A DNA stretch of 64,000 nt from Octopus vulgaris (GCA_951406725.2 OX597814.1:162874001-162938000), one strand, 5' to 3'; positions 39,492-54,530 are shown, counted from the first letter of the stretch. The notes: a model not told the origin generated them from the sequence alone. Translations and numbers: made by a program.

Positions 39492-39974
39492 CCGTAAATC
39501 CTCGTGTATAATCCGCATTTTTTCCTCAAAATTTAAAGGTCAAAATCCTTAGTGCGTACTATATACGTGGTTAAAAATGAAAATTATTTTTTAAGCAATG
39601 TCCGAGTCTCTCTTTGCTGTCCGGCAATGTTTATTCAGATGCATTTTGTGATGTCGGGCGCGAAAATACCTTAAGCTAAGTCTGAAAGCAATGAAGTCAT
39701 AAAAGAATCATCCATAACTTGCAGTAAGCAACATTTATTAAACGTTATTAGTTATTTCTTTATTTTCTGCAAACAAAATGTACAAAAAAGCTACACGTTT
39801 GCATTATGTTATATATACAATAATAATAAAGGACGTTACCGTATACAGTTTTACAAACTCAAGTTAGAGGAGGGGTGCGTATTATACTCAAGGTTTAGGT
39901 TTTTCAGACGTACAGCCCCCTAAAAATCCCCTGCGTATTATACTCAAGGGCGGACTATACTCGAGGATTTACGG
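39492..39974. mobile_element. pogo/Tigger-type MITE
   Basis: TA TSDs, TIRs ccgtaaatcctcg[t/a]gtata[a/g]tccgc, and subterminal repeats tgcgtattatactcaagg. Confidence 0.85.
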
Positions 39975-41330
39975 TAATAAAAATAATTCTTTTTCTCCCA
40001 AATCGAAAGCGTCCCAGCTGTTACCATCCGATCTTGTTTATCTAAGACTACATTACTATATTCTTCCCTTTTATAAGTGACTCCGGTGCAATATAATGAG
40101 AAAATGCTGCTATTTCTAGCAAACAGAATGAACACTTCGAAACGCCCTCGTCGGCGCCTCATTTACTTGTGGTTTATAATTTGTATTTTAAAAAACATGA
40201 ATATAGCATGTACTTTAGTAAATTCAATGAAAACAACTGCAAGCTATTGTATTTTTTCCGTCTTCCTTTTATTGTATTATATTATACTGCATTGTATTTA
40301 TTGTATTTGTTTATTGCATTTATTTATTGAGTTTATTTGTTTATTTGTTTCTTGTATTTATTCAATTTCAAGGAGATTTAATTCGTTTCCGTTTGCAACT
40401 ATAAACAAACACAAAACAGTCACTCGAGGCTGATATCTTCCTAGTAATTACATAGTTTTCAATATAAACGATTCCGACTTCCTTTTCTTCCTGTAATTCT
40501 CGCGATTATAAATCCACACTGTTGCTGTTGCTATCCATTGTTTTGTCGAGGTTTCTTGCCACAAGTCAAATGATGTCACAATGCCATCGTTCGGTTGTTA
40601 TCTTTATTACGTGTAGCTCGCTTCCATACATCAAGGCCTCTAACAGGAAGTCACATTAACATCGCCTGCCAAACTAAATAATACAGTGGAATCAGGCATG
40701 CAAACGGGGACAAGGGGTGTATTAAAATGGAACAGTATGCAATATGGTTAGACTGTGGTCAAAAATTACGTTCATTAATATTGATTTCATAGCAAGTCAC
40801 GGAGTAAAGAATTAAAGAGGAAATGGCGGTTAGATTATATAACGATTTCATAAACGATGAATCGTTACGTCGTTATGTGCTGATGACGTAAGTGAAATGA
40901 AATAACTGCAAATTGGAATTGAAACCGAGTTACCAACTCGGTTAGCTGGAAGATCGAGCTTATATACTCCAGCACTGTTGTGGTTTGGTATTGGTGGAGA
41001 TTTGTGGTGGTTGTTGTTGTTGGTGGTGATGGTAAAAGTGATACCTGTCGGTGGTGGTAGGAGTACTTTTGGTAGTGGTTGTGGTTATTGTTCGTGAAGG
41101 TAGAGGTTATCCTTAGTAATAATAGTTTTGGTGGCGGAGACGGTGGTGGCGGCAACAGCGGCGGTGGTGGCGGTGGTGGTGGTGGAAGCGGTGGCGGCGA
41201 TAGTGGTGGTGGTGGTGAAAATGATGTTGGGTGATAATAGTTCTGTCGGTGATGGTGGTTGTGCTGGTTGTGATAGTGTGATGTGGTGGGTGAAGATCCT
41301 ATAATTTTGTTGTTGTTGTTGTTATTGTTT

Positions 41331-41362
<32 letters not shown>

Positions 41363-41892
41363 GGTGGTGGTGGTGGTGGTGATGTTAGTAATGATATTGA
41401 TTATCGTCATCATGGTTATCATAATCATCATTATCACGGTGATCGTGGCCTCTTCGTTGTTGATCAATGTGCAAGAAACAGTAGCTATATTTCCCTCAAA
41501 TAATACTTTGCCGTCTTCAAAAGGATACTCAGAGAAGATAGTCTTAGATATAAACCTAAAATCAGGGGACAGTTACGACTGGAATCCTTTTGATCTGGTT
41601 TGACCCAGAATAAACAACAATAGCAACAACATCCCTTAGAAGCTGGAGCCAATAAAGGAGTGTCTATGGAATCCTCGATTTGCTTGAAATAACAGTCAAA
41701 TATTCGTTAATCATACTCTACCGTCTTAAAAAGACGGATGCCCTGAACAACGGGATGGTTACAGCTGTAACAGGGGTCGACTGAATCAGAATTTGGACAG
41801 GGTTCGGCTGAATCAGAATTTAGCATGGACAAAAAGTAATACAACTATTTAAAATGTGTAATAATTTGAATAAAAGTTGGTAAGGAAAATAG

Positions 41893-42160
41893 ATGAGTGA
41901 GTGAGTGACTGACTGACTGAGTGATTGAGTGAATGATTGAGTAAGTAAGTGAATGATTGAGTCAGTGAATGAGTGAGTGAATGATTGAGTAAATGAATGA
42001 GTGAGTGAGTGAGTGAATGAGTGAGTGAGTGAGTGAGTGAGTGAGTGAATGAGTAAGTGAGTGAATGATTGAGTAAGTGAATGAGTGAGTGAGTGAGTGA
42101 GTGAGTGAGTGAGTGAATGAGTAGATGAAAGAGTAGATAGAAGAGTGGAGTAGTTGAGTG
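41893..42160. repeat. (GAGT/GAAT)n tetranucleotide tract
   Basis: Directly visible. Confidence 0.9.
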
Positions 42161-42563
42161 AAAACGAACGATAGAATTAACGATCTAGAAGAATACCACT
42201 GAGGTCGACTTTGCCTTTTATCCATTCGAACTCAATACTGGGTCCGGTGTAAGCGACTTCCTTCTTTCCTGAAATTGCTGATATTATACCAAAATTTAAA
42301 ACCAACATTTTTCATTCTTTTTATTTTAATATTTATAATTAAATTATTTCGCAATAAATTTTCTGTACATTTAATAAAAAATTCATTAATGCAGCTTAAT
42401 AAAATTATAATTAATTGAAAGCACCAAATATATATGTACGTGTGCGTGGCATAATTGTTTGTATAAATTTATAAAGCCTTCAATATTTTTTCATCTAAAA
42501 TATTTCTTAACCCAATAGTCTACCCGCTGTTATTTATAACTTCATTAAGGTAGTGAGTTGGCA

Positions 42564-42796
42564 TAAGGTGGCGAACTGGCAGAAATGTTAGCAGGGCGGG
42601 CAAAACGCGTAGCCGTATTTCGTCTTCCGTTACGTTCTGAGTTCAACTTCCGCCGAGGTCGACTTTGCCTTTCATCCTTTCGGAGTCGATTAAATAAGTA
42701 CCAGTTACGCACTGGGGTCGATATAATCGACTTAATTCGTTTGTCTGTTCTTGTCTGTCCTCTCTGTATTTAGCCCCTTGTGGGAAGTTAAGAAAT
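42564..42796 (+). mobile_element. SINE family C inserted in the head of an older family C copy (42547-42965)
   Basis: TSD aggtagtgagttggca at 42548-42563 and 42797-42812. Confidence 0.85.
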
Positions 42797-43272
42797 AGGT
42801 AGTGAGTTGGCAGAATTGTTAGCATGCCTGGCTAGATGTTTAACAGTATTTCGTCCGTCTTTACAATCTGAGTTCAAATTCCACCGCGGTTGACACAAGT
42901 ACAATTTGAGCACTGGGGTCAATGAGATCGAAACTGCTGGCATCATACCAACATTTTAAGCCATTATTTATAGCTTTATCTACTTCAAGTTTTTCAGTAA
43001 AAAATAATTTACTCCAGGTATCTAAACATTTAAGATTTTAAACACACACACACTGCCAAGATTTAAACTCAGAGCCAACGACAGGACAAAATAAATTACC
43101 CTTTCTACTATAAGCACAAGTCCAGCAAGTTCAAGAAGGGTGTAAGTCGATTACATCGACTCCAGTGTCTAACTGGTACTTATTTTATCGACCTCAGCAG
43201 AGTTTGAACTCAGAACGTAAAGACGGATGAGATGTCGCTACGCATTTTACCCGGCGGGCATGTTAACTATTC

Positions 43273-43859
43273 TGTTTCTTTATTACCCACAAGGGGCTAA
43301 ACATAGAGGGGACAAACAAGGACAGACAAACGGATTAAACCGATTACATCGACCCCAGTGCGTAACTGGTACTTAATTATTCGACCCCGAAAGGATGAAA
43401 GGCAAAGTAGACCTCGGCGGAATTTGAACTCAGAACGTAACGGCAGACGAAATACCTATTTCTTTACTACCCACAAGAGAGGACAAACAAGGACAGACAA
43501 ACGGATTAAGCCGATTACATCGACCCCAGTGCGTAACTGGTACTTAATTAATCGACCCCGAAAGGATGAAAGGCAAAGTAGACCTCGGCGGAATTTGAAC
43601 TCAGAACGTAACGGCAGACGAAATACCTATTTCTTTACTACCCACAAGGGGCTAAACACAGAGAGGACAAACAAGGACAGACAAACGGATTAAGTCGATT
43701 ACATCGACCCCAGTGCGTAACTGGTACTTAATTATCGATCCCGAAAGGATGAAAGGCAAAGTCGACCTCGGCGGAATTTGAACTCAGAACGTAACTGCAG
43801 ACGAACTACGGTTACGCATTTCGCCCGGCGTGCTAACGTTTCTGCCAGCTCGCCGACTT
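43273..43859 (-). mobile_element. SINE family C head-to-tail trimer
   Basis: Junction gacgaaatacctatttc near 43450 and 43620. Only the 5'-most unit has the tRNA head. Confidence 0.9.
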
Positions 43860-44079
43860 AAAGACAAAATAAATTAATGTGATGCATTTAGTACAGTGCA
43901 TTCCCATTTCTGTCAGGTCTACGATGACATCCGTAACATAAAGAAAGCGGAAAAGCTTCAAACAGAACTCGAATCTGAAAATTGTTTCACCAGCTATTTC
44001 ATAACTTTCCTACTTTCAAATGCTCGCATTCTTTGTATTTCGGTTACTTTCTCGTCCACTTATTTTTTCATTCAGTTTT

Positions 44080-44122
44080 AATTCAATCTGCCTCTTTCTC
44101 TTTTTCTCGCCGTGTATCTGTC

Positions 44123-44190
<68 letters not shown>

Positions 44191-44388
44191 GTCTCTCTCT
44201 TTCTTTCTCCCTCTTTCTCTTTCTCCCTCCCTCCCTTCCAAACTTATATATACGTTTTCATTACGTATCAAAGAGGTTTTGGTTTACTTCCTCGTCTCAC
44301 CTGTTCAATGTCTCACTTCCCAAACTAAAACCTCTGTACAATTCATCAAACATATCACTGCAGCTCCTGGAACTCTTTTCTCGCTCAT

Positions 44389-44421
<33 letters not shown>

Positions 44422-44538
44422 TCTGTTTCTCTGCCTCTCACTCAGTTACTAAATCACTCTATCCAAGCCTGGCTATCTTTGACCCATTCCTAATCCTACA
44501 CAATCTTCTCGATCATGTCCATTTTCTCACCCCTATTC

Positions 44539-44604
<66 letters not shown>

Positions 44605-44966
44605 ACACACACACACACACACTCACTCACTCATTCTACTCCTTTTTCTCTCACTCACTTACTCTATTCTTCTCTTTCTCTCTCTTTACTCTCTTCATCT
44701 CCATCTTTCTATTTTTCTTTCACACACACATTCTCTCTTCCTCTTCCTCTCAGTTGCTAATTCACTTACTCTATTCCACCCTCTCTGTCTTTGACCCATT
44801 CTATCTTATTTAGTCGTCATTTAATCTCGTTCATATCCATTCTTTCACTTCTCTATGTTACTCACTCCCTCTCTCTCACTCACTTTCTCTCTGTCTCCCT
44901 CCCTAACGCACGCATACATACATACATACATACATACATACATACATACATACATACATACATACA

Positions 44967-45000
<34 letters not shown>

Positions 45001-45849
45001 CATACATACACACTTAACCTGAGATATTTCTAGTTTCCACATATTTCTCCCATATACTCTCCTATCTGCTTTTAACTTGCCTGCTACACTTTTGTCCCCT
45101 CACTCATCAATATATAGCACCTCACGTCTGTCCATTAACGCAACCACCTCCACTCAACTTTCCCTCCAATCGCTTATTCAATCACTCTCCTGCAACCGAT
45201 CAATCCACCACTCACCAACCTCCACTCATCTTCCCAGCAATTATTCTACCACCTCTATCTCACCCTCTACATTCACTCAGTCACTTCCAATCAACTTTCC
45301 CTCCAATCTCCTATCCATTCACTCACCCTCAGTTATTCCTCCAGTATTTATCCACTCATTAACTCTCCCCCACTCCTCTCTCCTCTTCTATCCACTTTCT
45401 CATTCCCCTCCACTTAGTAACCCCATCTCTCTGCAATCCACACAGCCTCCACTCATCCACCTTCATTCATTTTGTTTACTATTCTTCTATCTACTCACTT
45501 AACCCTCCTCACTCACTCAGCTGCAACGCCACTCTTCTGAACGCTCGCTCACTCACCGCCTTTCCATTACCCTACCGCCTTTCTATCCCCTCACCCACCC
45601 TCAAGCAACTTCTTCCCCCACATTTCCATCCATTCCTTCACTCATCTTCACTCAACCTTATTCACCTATTCATTCATTCGTTATCCAGTCATACTGTCGC
45701 TTCCACTCCCTGTCGCGCTTCTCTCAACTCACTCTCTGTCGCTCAACTACCTTATCGTTCTTCAAACCTCCTACCCTCCACTCACTCACCTATACTCAGC
45801 TTCTCCACCTATCTCTCTCTTTCTTTCTCTCTTTCTCTCTCTCTCTCTT

Positions 45850-45882
<33 letters not shown>

Positions 45883-45920
45883 ACCTACCTATCTGTCTGT
45901 CTATCTATCTGTCCGCCCAT
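44080..45920. repeat. Pyrimidine-rich low-complexity region ((CT)n, (CACT)n, (TACA)n)
   Basis: Directly visible. Confidence 0.85.
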
Positions 45921-46747
45921 CTGATTTGTCTATATTACTCGATCCTTCGCACACATACACACACACACACACACACACATGCACAGGTATACACACACCC
46001 ACGGATACTTTGTTGAGAAGGAGAGATTGGGATATGAGAGAGATAGGAATGAGCGGCAGAGAAGAGAGAGAGAGAGGAGAGAGTGTGAAGAGAGACCGAG
46101 TAAAGATTACCCAGAGAGGAGAGAGAGGAAGAAAATAAGAAGGGAAATAGAAAAAGAACTAGAGTTCTTCATTAACTTTCTCTTGTTCGCTTCTCTTTCT
46201 CTTTCTTCCTCCCTCTCCCCGTCTCTCTCCCTTTCTCTCTCTTTGTTTGCCTTTCTCTGATCTTGTCTCTTCAGTTTTCACCCACACGCTCTTCCACAAC
46301 CTCTCTTCAGATCTTTCCACGTTACTCAACATTCCTCCTACCACCGTGCTTACTCTGCTACTGCTGCTGCTCCTCCACCTGCTGACAGCAGCAGCAGCAC
46401 TACTAGTAGTAGTAGTAGTAGTACTTGTTGTTGTTGTTGACGGTGACGTTGGTGTTGGTGGTAGTTGTGTTACCCTTCTGATCAGTTGCTATTATAATTG
46501 TCGATCTTGTTGTGCCCCTAGGTCACCCTGATTAAGTAGACCTTATTATCAAGGACGTTTCAACCCTAACCAGTCAGTACTTTTTTATTATTTATTTATT
46601 TTTTTCCATCAGGGACAACAGATCATTATCCGATGTCCTTCCTTTCTTGAGGCGGAAAAGTGAGATTTGAGACAACATGGCTTCTATGTCTAATACCTAA
46701 CCGGTTTATGAGACCAGATAAACGCTCCTTTATTGACTTTACGTTGT

Positions 46748-47146
46748 ATATTTCTTTACTGCCCACAAGGGGCTTAACATAGAGGGGACTAACAAGGAAT
46801 TAAGTCAATTACATCGACCCCAGTGCGAAACTGGTACTTAATTTATCGACCCCGAAAGGATGAAAGGCAAAGTCGACCTCGGCGGGATTTGAACTCAGAA
46901 CGTAACGACAGACGAAATACCTATTTCTATTTCTTTATTACCCACAAGGGGCTAAACACAGAGGGGACAAACAAGGACAGTCGATTACATCGACCCCAGT
47001 GCGTAACTGGTACTTAATTTATCGACCCCGAAAAGATGAAAGGCAAAGTCGACCTCGGCGGGATTTGAACTCAGAACGTAACGACAGACGAAATACCGCT
47101 AAGCATTTCGCCCGGCGTGCTAACGTTTCTGCCAGCTCACCGCCTT
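46748..47146 (-). mobile_element. SINE family C dimer
   Basis: Junction near 46920. Imperfect TSD gactt[t/c]acgtt near 46735 and 47147. Confidence 0.85.
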
Positions 47147-47728
47147 GACTTCACGTTATAACTAGCTTAGTTTTGGTAGATGACACAACCGGTAGACGGA
47201 TGGACAAAACGATGACATACGACACTTGAGTTACGTTCCTTTAATACAAAATGCGAATCACGTTGCTGTTGTTTCTGTTTTAGTCATTCTAATTGTTTTT
47301 GTTGCTTCTGCCGCTGTAATTGAGTCTATTCTGTTTCAATGTTGTTATCTCTTCTTGTTGCATTTGATGCCGTATTTGATGTTGCTTTGTATTTGATGTT
47401 GTTTTCGCAAGTTATTTTAGGCCCCGTTTGTTGTTCTGCATATATTTGTTCCCTTGTTGCTATTTCTATTAATTATTATTGTTGTTGTTATTCAATTTTT
47501 ATATTTGATGTTTGAAATATAATTCTTAATGTTGTTTTTGCCTTTGTAATCTTAATTTCTCCTTTCTTTCTCTATTATCGAAGTCTTTATTGTCAACCAC
47601 ACTCTATTTTCATTCATTCATTCACTCACTCATTCATTCATTCATTCATTCATTCATTCATTCATTCTTTCTTTGTTTCTTTATCTCCTTTTCAATCCCA
47701 CTCCACATACCTATTACTTTCTCTTTCC

Positions 47729-47776
<48 letters not shown>

Positions 47777-47783
47777 ATATCTA

Positions 47784-47822
<39 letters not shown>

Positions 47823-47830
<8 letters not shown>

Positions 47831-47978
47831 AATCCAAACGGGAAAACAAAAAAACAACAACAATGGAACAATTACAGTATTATTATTAATAGGCGCTCAG
47901 GAAATGGAAGCAGGAAGGTATGACGTTTCGAGCGGAGCTCTTCGTCGGAAACATAAAGAGGGAAGAGAGAGGAAAGAT
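47823..47978 (-). mobile_element. Solo PLE pLTR with hammerhead, near-identical to 17775-17934
   Basis: Reverse complement of the end of the 14289-17934 element, with tcgtcgg (CCGACGA) at 47942-47948. It adjoins (TA)n. Confidence 0.85.
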
Positions 47979-48005
47979 ATATACATACCTATCTATTTAT
48001 CTCTT

Positions 48006-48036
<31 letters not shown>

Positions 48037-48104
48037 GTCCCTAAATTCTTTACTACTCATCTTCCCACCATAACCTCCTTCACACTATCTGGTTATTTTT
48101 CATA

Positions 48105-48985
48105 CGAATTGGTATCAAAAAGTTCACGGACTAGTTATGTTTAATAAGAAATAACGTATTTACCTAAGTTTTAATAACATCTCCTTCGAAATAGTCACCT
48201 TGCGCAGCACTACACCGGTCCCAGTGTTCCTGACACTTTTGGTATTCGGCCTGGAAGTCATTTCTGTAAGCGAGTCGAGGACCTTCTACGATTCGCTCTT
48301 GATTTCAACAACGGTGTTAAAACGGCCACCTTTGAGCTGCATTTCTGTCTTGAAGAAGAAATGGAAGTCTGCAGGTGCTAAACCTGACGAATAGGGTGGG
48401 TACGGAAGCAATGCCATGTTATTTTTGACGAGTGAGGAGAGTTCGGTGACAGGATGCATTGTCGTCATGAAGAATCCAATTCTTCGCGCTCCACAGATCC
48501 GGTCGCTTTCACCGAATGTCCTCTCTGAAACGCTTCAAAACTTCACAGTCGAACTCTCAATTGACGGTAAGCGTCTGGAGGACGAATATTCGACGCACAG
48601 TACCACATTTCCGGAGATGAAGCTTGCTTGTTGCAGGTCTTCCAGATTGATCATCGTCTTCCAGGGGCGTTCTTCCGTTTTGAAGCGCCCGTGCCACTCG
48701 AAACATTGTGTACGACCGTAAGCTCGTCGACGTATACTCAATGTCTCTGTAGCAGACTTCCCAAGTTTAATGCAAAATTTCGCGTTGACTATTTGTTCCA
48801 ACTTCCTGTTCAATACAAAATCGCAAACTACAGCATACGCGTGATCACAAAGACACAAATTTCACAATTAAGTAAACACAGCGGTGTTTACTACCTCATG
48901 AAGGTCTCTTCTAGCTCTGACTGCGCACGCAACCATTTGCTGGCGCGCTACAGGACTAGTCCGGGAACTTTTTGATACCATCTCG
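48105..48985 (-). mobile_element. Internally deleted mariner transposon
   Basis: TA TSDs and ~31 bp TIRs (..tggtatcaaaaagttc.cggactagt). HTH region KFCIKLGKSATET..FEWHGRFK and catalytic YPPYSSGLAPADF..LKGGRF. Confidence 0.9.
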
Positions 48986-49004
48986 TATCTTTATTCTGTA
49001 AATA

Positions 49005-49450
49005 ATAATCTTTTCTACTATAGGCACAAGTCCTGAAATTTTGTGGGAGGGGTAGTCGATTACATCGACCCCAGTGTTCAACTGCTAGTTATTTCATCGA
49101 CCACGAAAGGTAAAGTCAATCTCGGTGGAATTTGAACACAGACCATAATGACAAAATGCCGCTGAGCATTTTGTCCGGCGTGCTAACGGTTCTGCCACAT
49201 CACCGCCTTTATTTCGCAAATATTAATAATGATCCTTTCTATTTAAGGCACAAGGCCGATTAAATAGACCCCAGTACTCTATTTAAGGCACAAGGTCGAT
49301 TAAATAGACCCCAGTACTCACTCTATCGACCTCGAAAGGATGAAATGTAAAGTCGACTCGGCAGAATTTGAGCTCAGAACGTAGCGACGGACACAACATC
49401 GCTAAGCATTTCGTTCAGCATGCTAACAATTCTGCCAGCTCGCTGCCTTG
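49005..49450 (-). mobile_element. Two adjacent SINE family C copies (tail ..cttgtgcctatagtagaaa)
   Basis: Homology. A ~40 bp tandem duplication lies at 49239-49318. Confidence 0.75.
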
Positions 49451-50040
49451 CAAATATTAATTAAAATAAAGCAGAATACCCGAAAATTTGGAGGAGTTTA
49501 ATCGACTCCAGTATCTGACTTTTTTTCATCAAGAAAGGAGGAGGGTTGGAAAGCAAGGCTGAACTTGGCAGGTTTTGAACACAGAGCGTAAAGAGCTGGA
49601 ACATAAACCGCAAGTCATTTTGTCCGACGCTCTAACGTTTCTGCCAATCAATCTTATTTGATAAACCTCACTAATATTGGCATAAGGTCAGGAATTTTTA
49701 GAGGGAAGGGGTAAGTTCATTACTGTGCTCAGCTGGTACACATTTTATCGACTCACCCACCAAAAGGGATAAAAGGCAGAACCGACCTCGGCGACATTTG
49801 AACTTAGAACGTAAAGAAATTGCCGTAAGCATTTTGTCTGGCACGGTAACTATTCTGTTAGCTCTCCGCCTTTCTCCTTTAATAAGAATTGCTTCTAATG
49901 TTAGCACGGGGGTCTGAAATTTTGGATGGTAAAGGTTAGACGATTGCCTCGACCTCGGTATTTGACTGGTACTTTATTTTAAGTGGATACATTGTATAAT
50001 GTTATTGAGGGTTCCTTGCACATAGGCAAAAAGATGGGCT

Positions 50041-50213
50041 CTTTACTCTTTACTCTCTTTACTTGTTTCAGTCCCCGTCACTTAGCGGTTCGGCAAAAGA
50101 GACCGATAGAATAAGTACTGGGCTTACAAAGAATAAGTCCCGGGGTCGATTTGCTCGACAAAAGGCGTTGCTCCAGCATGGCCGCAGTCAAATGACTGAA
50201 ACAAGTAAAAGAG
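50041..50213 (+). mobile_element. SINE family A 3' half with inverted tail at its 5' junction
   Basis: ctttactctt..acttgtttcagtc is fused to cccgtcacttagcgg..gactgaaacaagtaaaagag. Confidence 0.8.
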
Positions 50214-50675
50214 AAGGAGAAAGAGAGAGACATACAGACATACACCTCCAAAGCACAGCCGCAGTACACAAACGCATTATTTACAAAGTAAAGAAAAAGA
50301 AATAAGCGCGCGCATAACAAACAACGGTGCACACACAGACACACATGTACACACGCAAACTACTTACATCCCAAACACTACACACGCGCACTCAAACACA
50401 AACACTCCTGTCACATATTTCATATTTTGCTGTCACATCGTTCACTACTTACGAACAACGCCACACCATCACACTACAATACGCCCGCCACACCGCGCTC
50501 AAAACCCTACACAAACCATTGCAGAACACAAACCCCAACACACACACACACATACACACATACACACACACACACGCACACACACAAACACATAAACACA
50601 CACAAACACATATCACTCAAAATAGAATTTCACTGGTTCCCTTCATCATTATATATATATCTCTCTCACACACAT

Positions 50676-50717
<42 letters not shown>

Positions 50718-51224
50718 TCGTTGTCTATCTATCAATCTCTCCCTTTCTCTTACTCTCTGCCTTTTCCCATATGTATTACATCTTTATATTTCAAGCTCAA
50801 TTCAACTCTCTGTTTCTCCACGTATCAAACACAGCCTTCCATAATTTCTTGATCCATCATCCGACATCATCAAAAGCGCCATCTCTGTCAATGTTTTATT
50901 AACATATCTTTGTTGTTGTAACCAAGTACAGAGGTTTGTAGGGAAAGACGTTTCTTGGGAAAGAAAGTCGATTTTTAGTGCAAGCTATCAATGATTCCAA
51001 AGACATACGCTAATGGAATTAAAGCCATACCATTAACAAAATACAAAAGAAAGAATTATGTATGTATTTATGCATGTATATATATATCTGTATATTATAT
51101 ATATATATATTTAAGTATATATATATGTTTGTATAAAATATATATATATATATGTATGTATATATGTATGTATATATGTATGTGTGTGTATATATCTATC
51201 TATATATATATATATATATATGCA

Positions 51225-51264
<40 letters not shown>

Positions 51265-51425
51265 CTGTGTGTGTGTCTGTCTATATATATGTATATATGT
51301 ATATATATATATATATGTATATATGTGTGTGTATGTATATATGTACATACATGGACACACACAACCACAAGCATACACACACAGGGATATATGTATATCA
51401 CTCTTTCTCTCTCTATATATATTTA

Positions 51426-51535
<110 letters not shown>

Positions 51536-51652
51536 TAGAGATAGGCAGACAGAGAATCAGACAGACAGACAAATAGATAGAGAGAGGGAAGGAGAGAGAG
51601 ATGTAATTGCATACATACATACATACATACATACATACACACATACATACAT

Positions 51653-51708
<56 letters not shown>

Positions 51709-51967
51709 CACACAAACTTACTACAACAACAAGCAAAGGCGGAAGCCTCTACATTAAATAAAGTAAATCTTGTGTGAAATTTACCAAATTATATCCACTT
51801 TAAGATATTTTAAATATTTAGAAACACATTTATTTGTGGAGCCTTAATTCACTCTTCAACAATTTTCTCCTCGTTCGGGGTTCTTATGACGGTCTGTCTA
51901 TCTAACCACCTGCCATTCCCTTGCTACCCCACCTCATCATGCATGTGTGTGTGTATGTGTCGCTCTC

Positions 51968-52054
<87 letters not shown>

Positions 52055-52326
52055 GCATATATATATATATATATATATATATACATGCATATATATATAT
52101 ATGCATATATATGCATATATATATATATAAATATGCATACATATATAAAAATATATATATATATGTATATATATATGTATATAAATATGCATATATATAT
52201 ATATATGTGTGTGTGTGTATATAAATATGCATACATATATATAAACATATGTATATATATATATATATATGCATATATACGTATGTATGTATATATGAAT
52301 ATATGTGTACATATACATATGTATAT

Positions 52327-52375
<49 letters not shown>

Positions 52376-53416
52376 CTTCTCTCTCTATGTATTAACATAT
52401 CTTGTAAATTAACGATTCGCATTTATGAGATATTCCTTGCGTCCTATTTGGATGTAACTGGATGCTGCTGTTAAAATAATTTTCATCCTTTCGAAATACC
52501 AGAAGTTTGAAAATCTTTTTCGTCACATTGCAAATTAACTTAACTCTTATAACAGCCTATTTTCATATATTTATTTATATTTTTTTCACTTAGAAATATT
52601 TCCATATCTAAAGGCGATGGTTGTGAAAAAAATATATTGATTGAAATTTCCATTAAGTTGAGTTTCCGATTCAGTTCTTTTTTTTTTTTTTTTTTTCGTT
52701 TGCATCCGTTTCACTTCACCTAGGATTTAATGCCGTCCAGAAGTATCTTAAGGATCGTATGGATTGCTAGAGATAACATCAAAATTTTCCTCAAATAGCA
52801 CCCTGACAGCTTAAAAATTGAAGGACAAAGATACTGTTATCCAGTCAAGATGTCTGTTAAAAGACAAGACTGTTGGATTGCTGTTTATTATTGCAATCTT
52901 GGATCAGAGTTAGACTTGGCACTAAGCAACTACAACAACCCTCTTGGAGTGTCTACGAAGGTCATGGGTAAAGCACCTTCCATTATTCAAGCGGTTCTCA
53001 GCCGTTTTGGATCACACAACTCCTTTTGATGTATAAAAAAAATCATCAACGCGCCTCAAGTGAAACAGTATCTTTTTTTCCTCCCAAACCTTAATTGTAG
53101 ATCTGGAAGTGACCGTCGCAAATTTTTGATAACATTGCCAAGGGGAATACTGCTTTATTTGAATATTTCTAAGTTTGGTGGGGGGGGGGAGGTCGAGACA
53201 AACATAGACACAAAGACACGTAAACATAGATATATACAACGAGCTTCTTTCAATTTCCATCTACTCATGAGACTTGGGACTGAGCCCGGAACTATGCTGT
53301 TGAGAAACAAACTTTTTACCAGTCACGAATGCATATATGTATATATACATAAATCCATTTTCCCTCCCACTTTTCTCTCCCCCTCTCTCTCTCTCTCTTC
53401 CCCTCTCTCTCTCTCC

Positions 53417-53520
<104 letters not shown>

Positions 53521-53702
53521 AACTTACTACAACAACAAGCAAAGGCGGAAGCCTCTACATTATCTTTCATCTTGCTAGAATTAATAGCCTAATCCCCTTC
53601 ACATCACACCTATCCTACCTTAAATCAACGGAAATACACATAAGACAATTCAGTTACAGACATACGAGCAGAATATAGGTTTGTGACTGAACAGCAAACA
53701 TA

Positions 53703-53770
<68 letters not shown>

Positions 53771-54530
53771 CACTACCACCACCACCACCACCACCATCAC
53801 CACCACCATCACCACCACCATCCCCCCACCACCACCATTCATGGTATCTCTCGCTATCGAGTTTTGATCCCACTAAATTTATCTACCTTATTCCTACGTA
53901 CAAAGGAAGCCCCGATTTCAAAGACTTACTCCCTTTTTGACTCAAAAAGTTTTATTAAAAGACATGAAAACAAGGTCTCGGTACTTCCATACTTTACCAA
54001 GTTATTTTGTTAATAGATGAATGACATCCAGATTTTGTAATTATCACTAATTATCTTCATTTTTATTTTTTATTTTTATACAACATGAAGACCCAGCAAG
54101 TTTAACATAGATACCGCAATTTCCGGTACACAAGTCGACGTAGTATATAAGTCGAGGTAATTTTTTATTAATAATAAAAATAATAAAACCACTGATGATC
54201 ACCGTTGTGGTGGGAATATGTATATATATATATATATTTTATATATTTTTATATACCTATATATTTTTATATATTACTTTATATTATATTTTTACTTTCT
54301 AGGTTTTCTTTAAGGAGATGTATTTTTCTGAATCGCTAGAGTATTGACTCTAAACTGCGATGGAAAATTTTTTTTCTCGCACCTTATTATTATTATATGC
54401 TTGTATGCTTGTACAGATGAATTATGTTCCATCTTGCGGGATGTTTATATGTATATTCTATGGTTAAATGACGAATTATGAAATGATATGCGGATGACCT
54501 TGCCTTTGTTTGTTCAATAACTTTAGTTTG

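Noticed and set aside
40865-41467. Pro/Thr/Asn-rich 200-aa ORF
   Set aside because: Derived from (GGT)n/(GTT)n repeats, with no domain or splice support.
43273-43859. CRISPR-like array
   Set aside because: The units are ~180-bp SINE bodies with no unique spacers, in a eukaryotic context with no cas genes.
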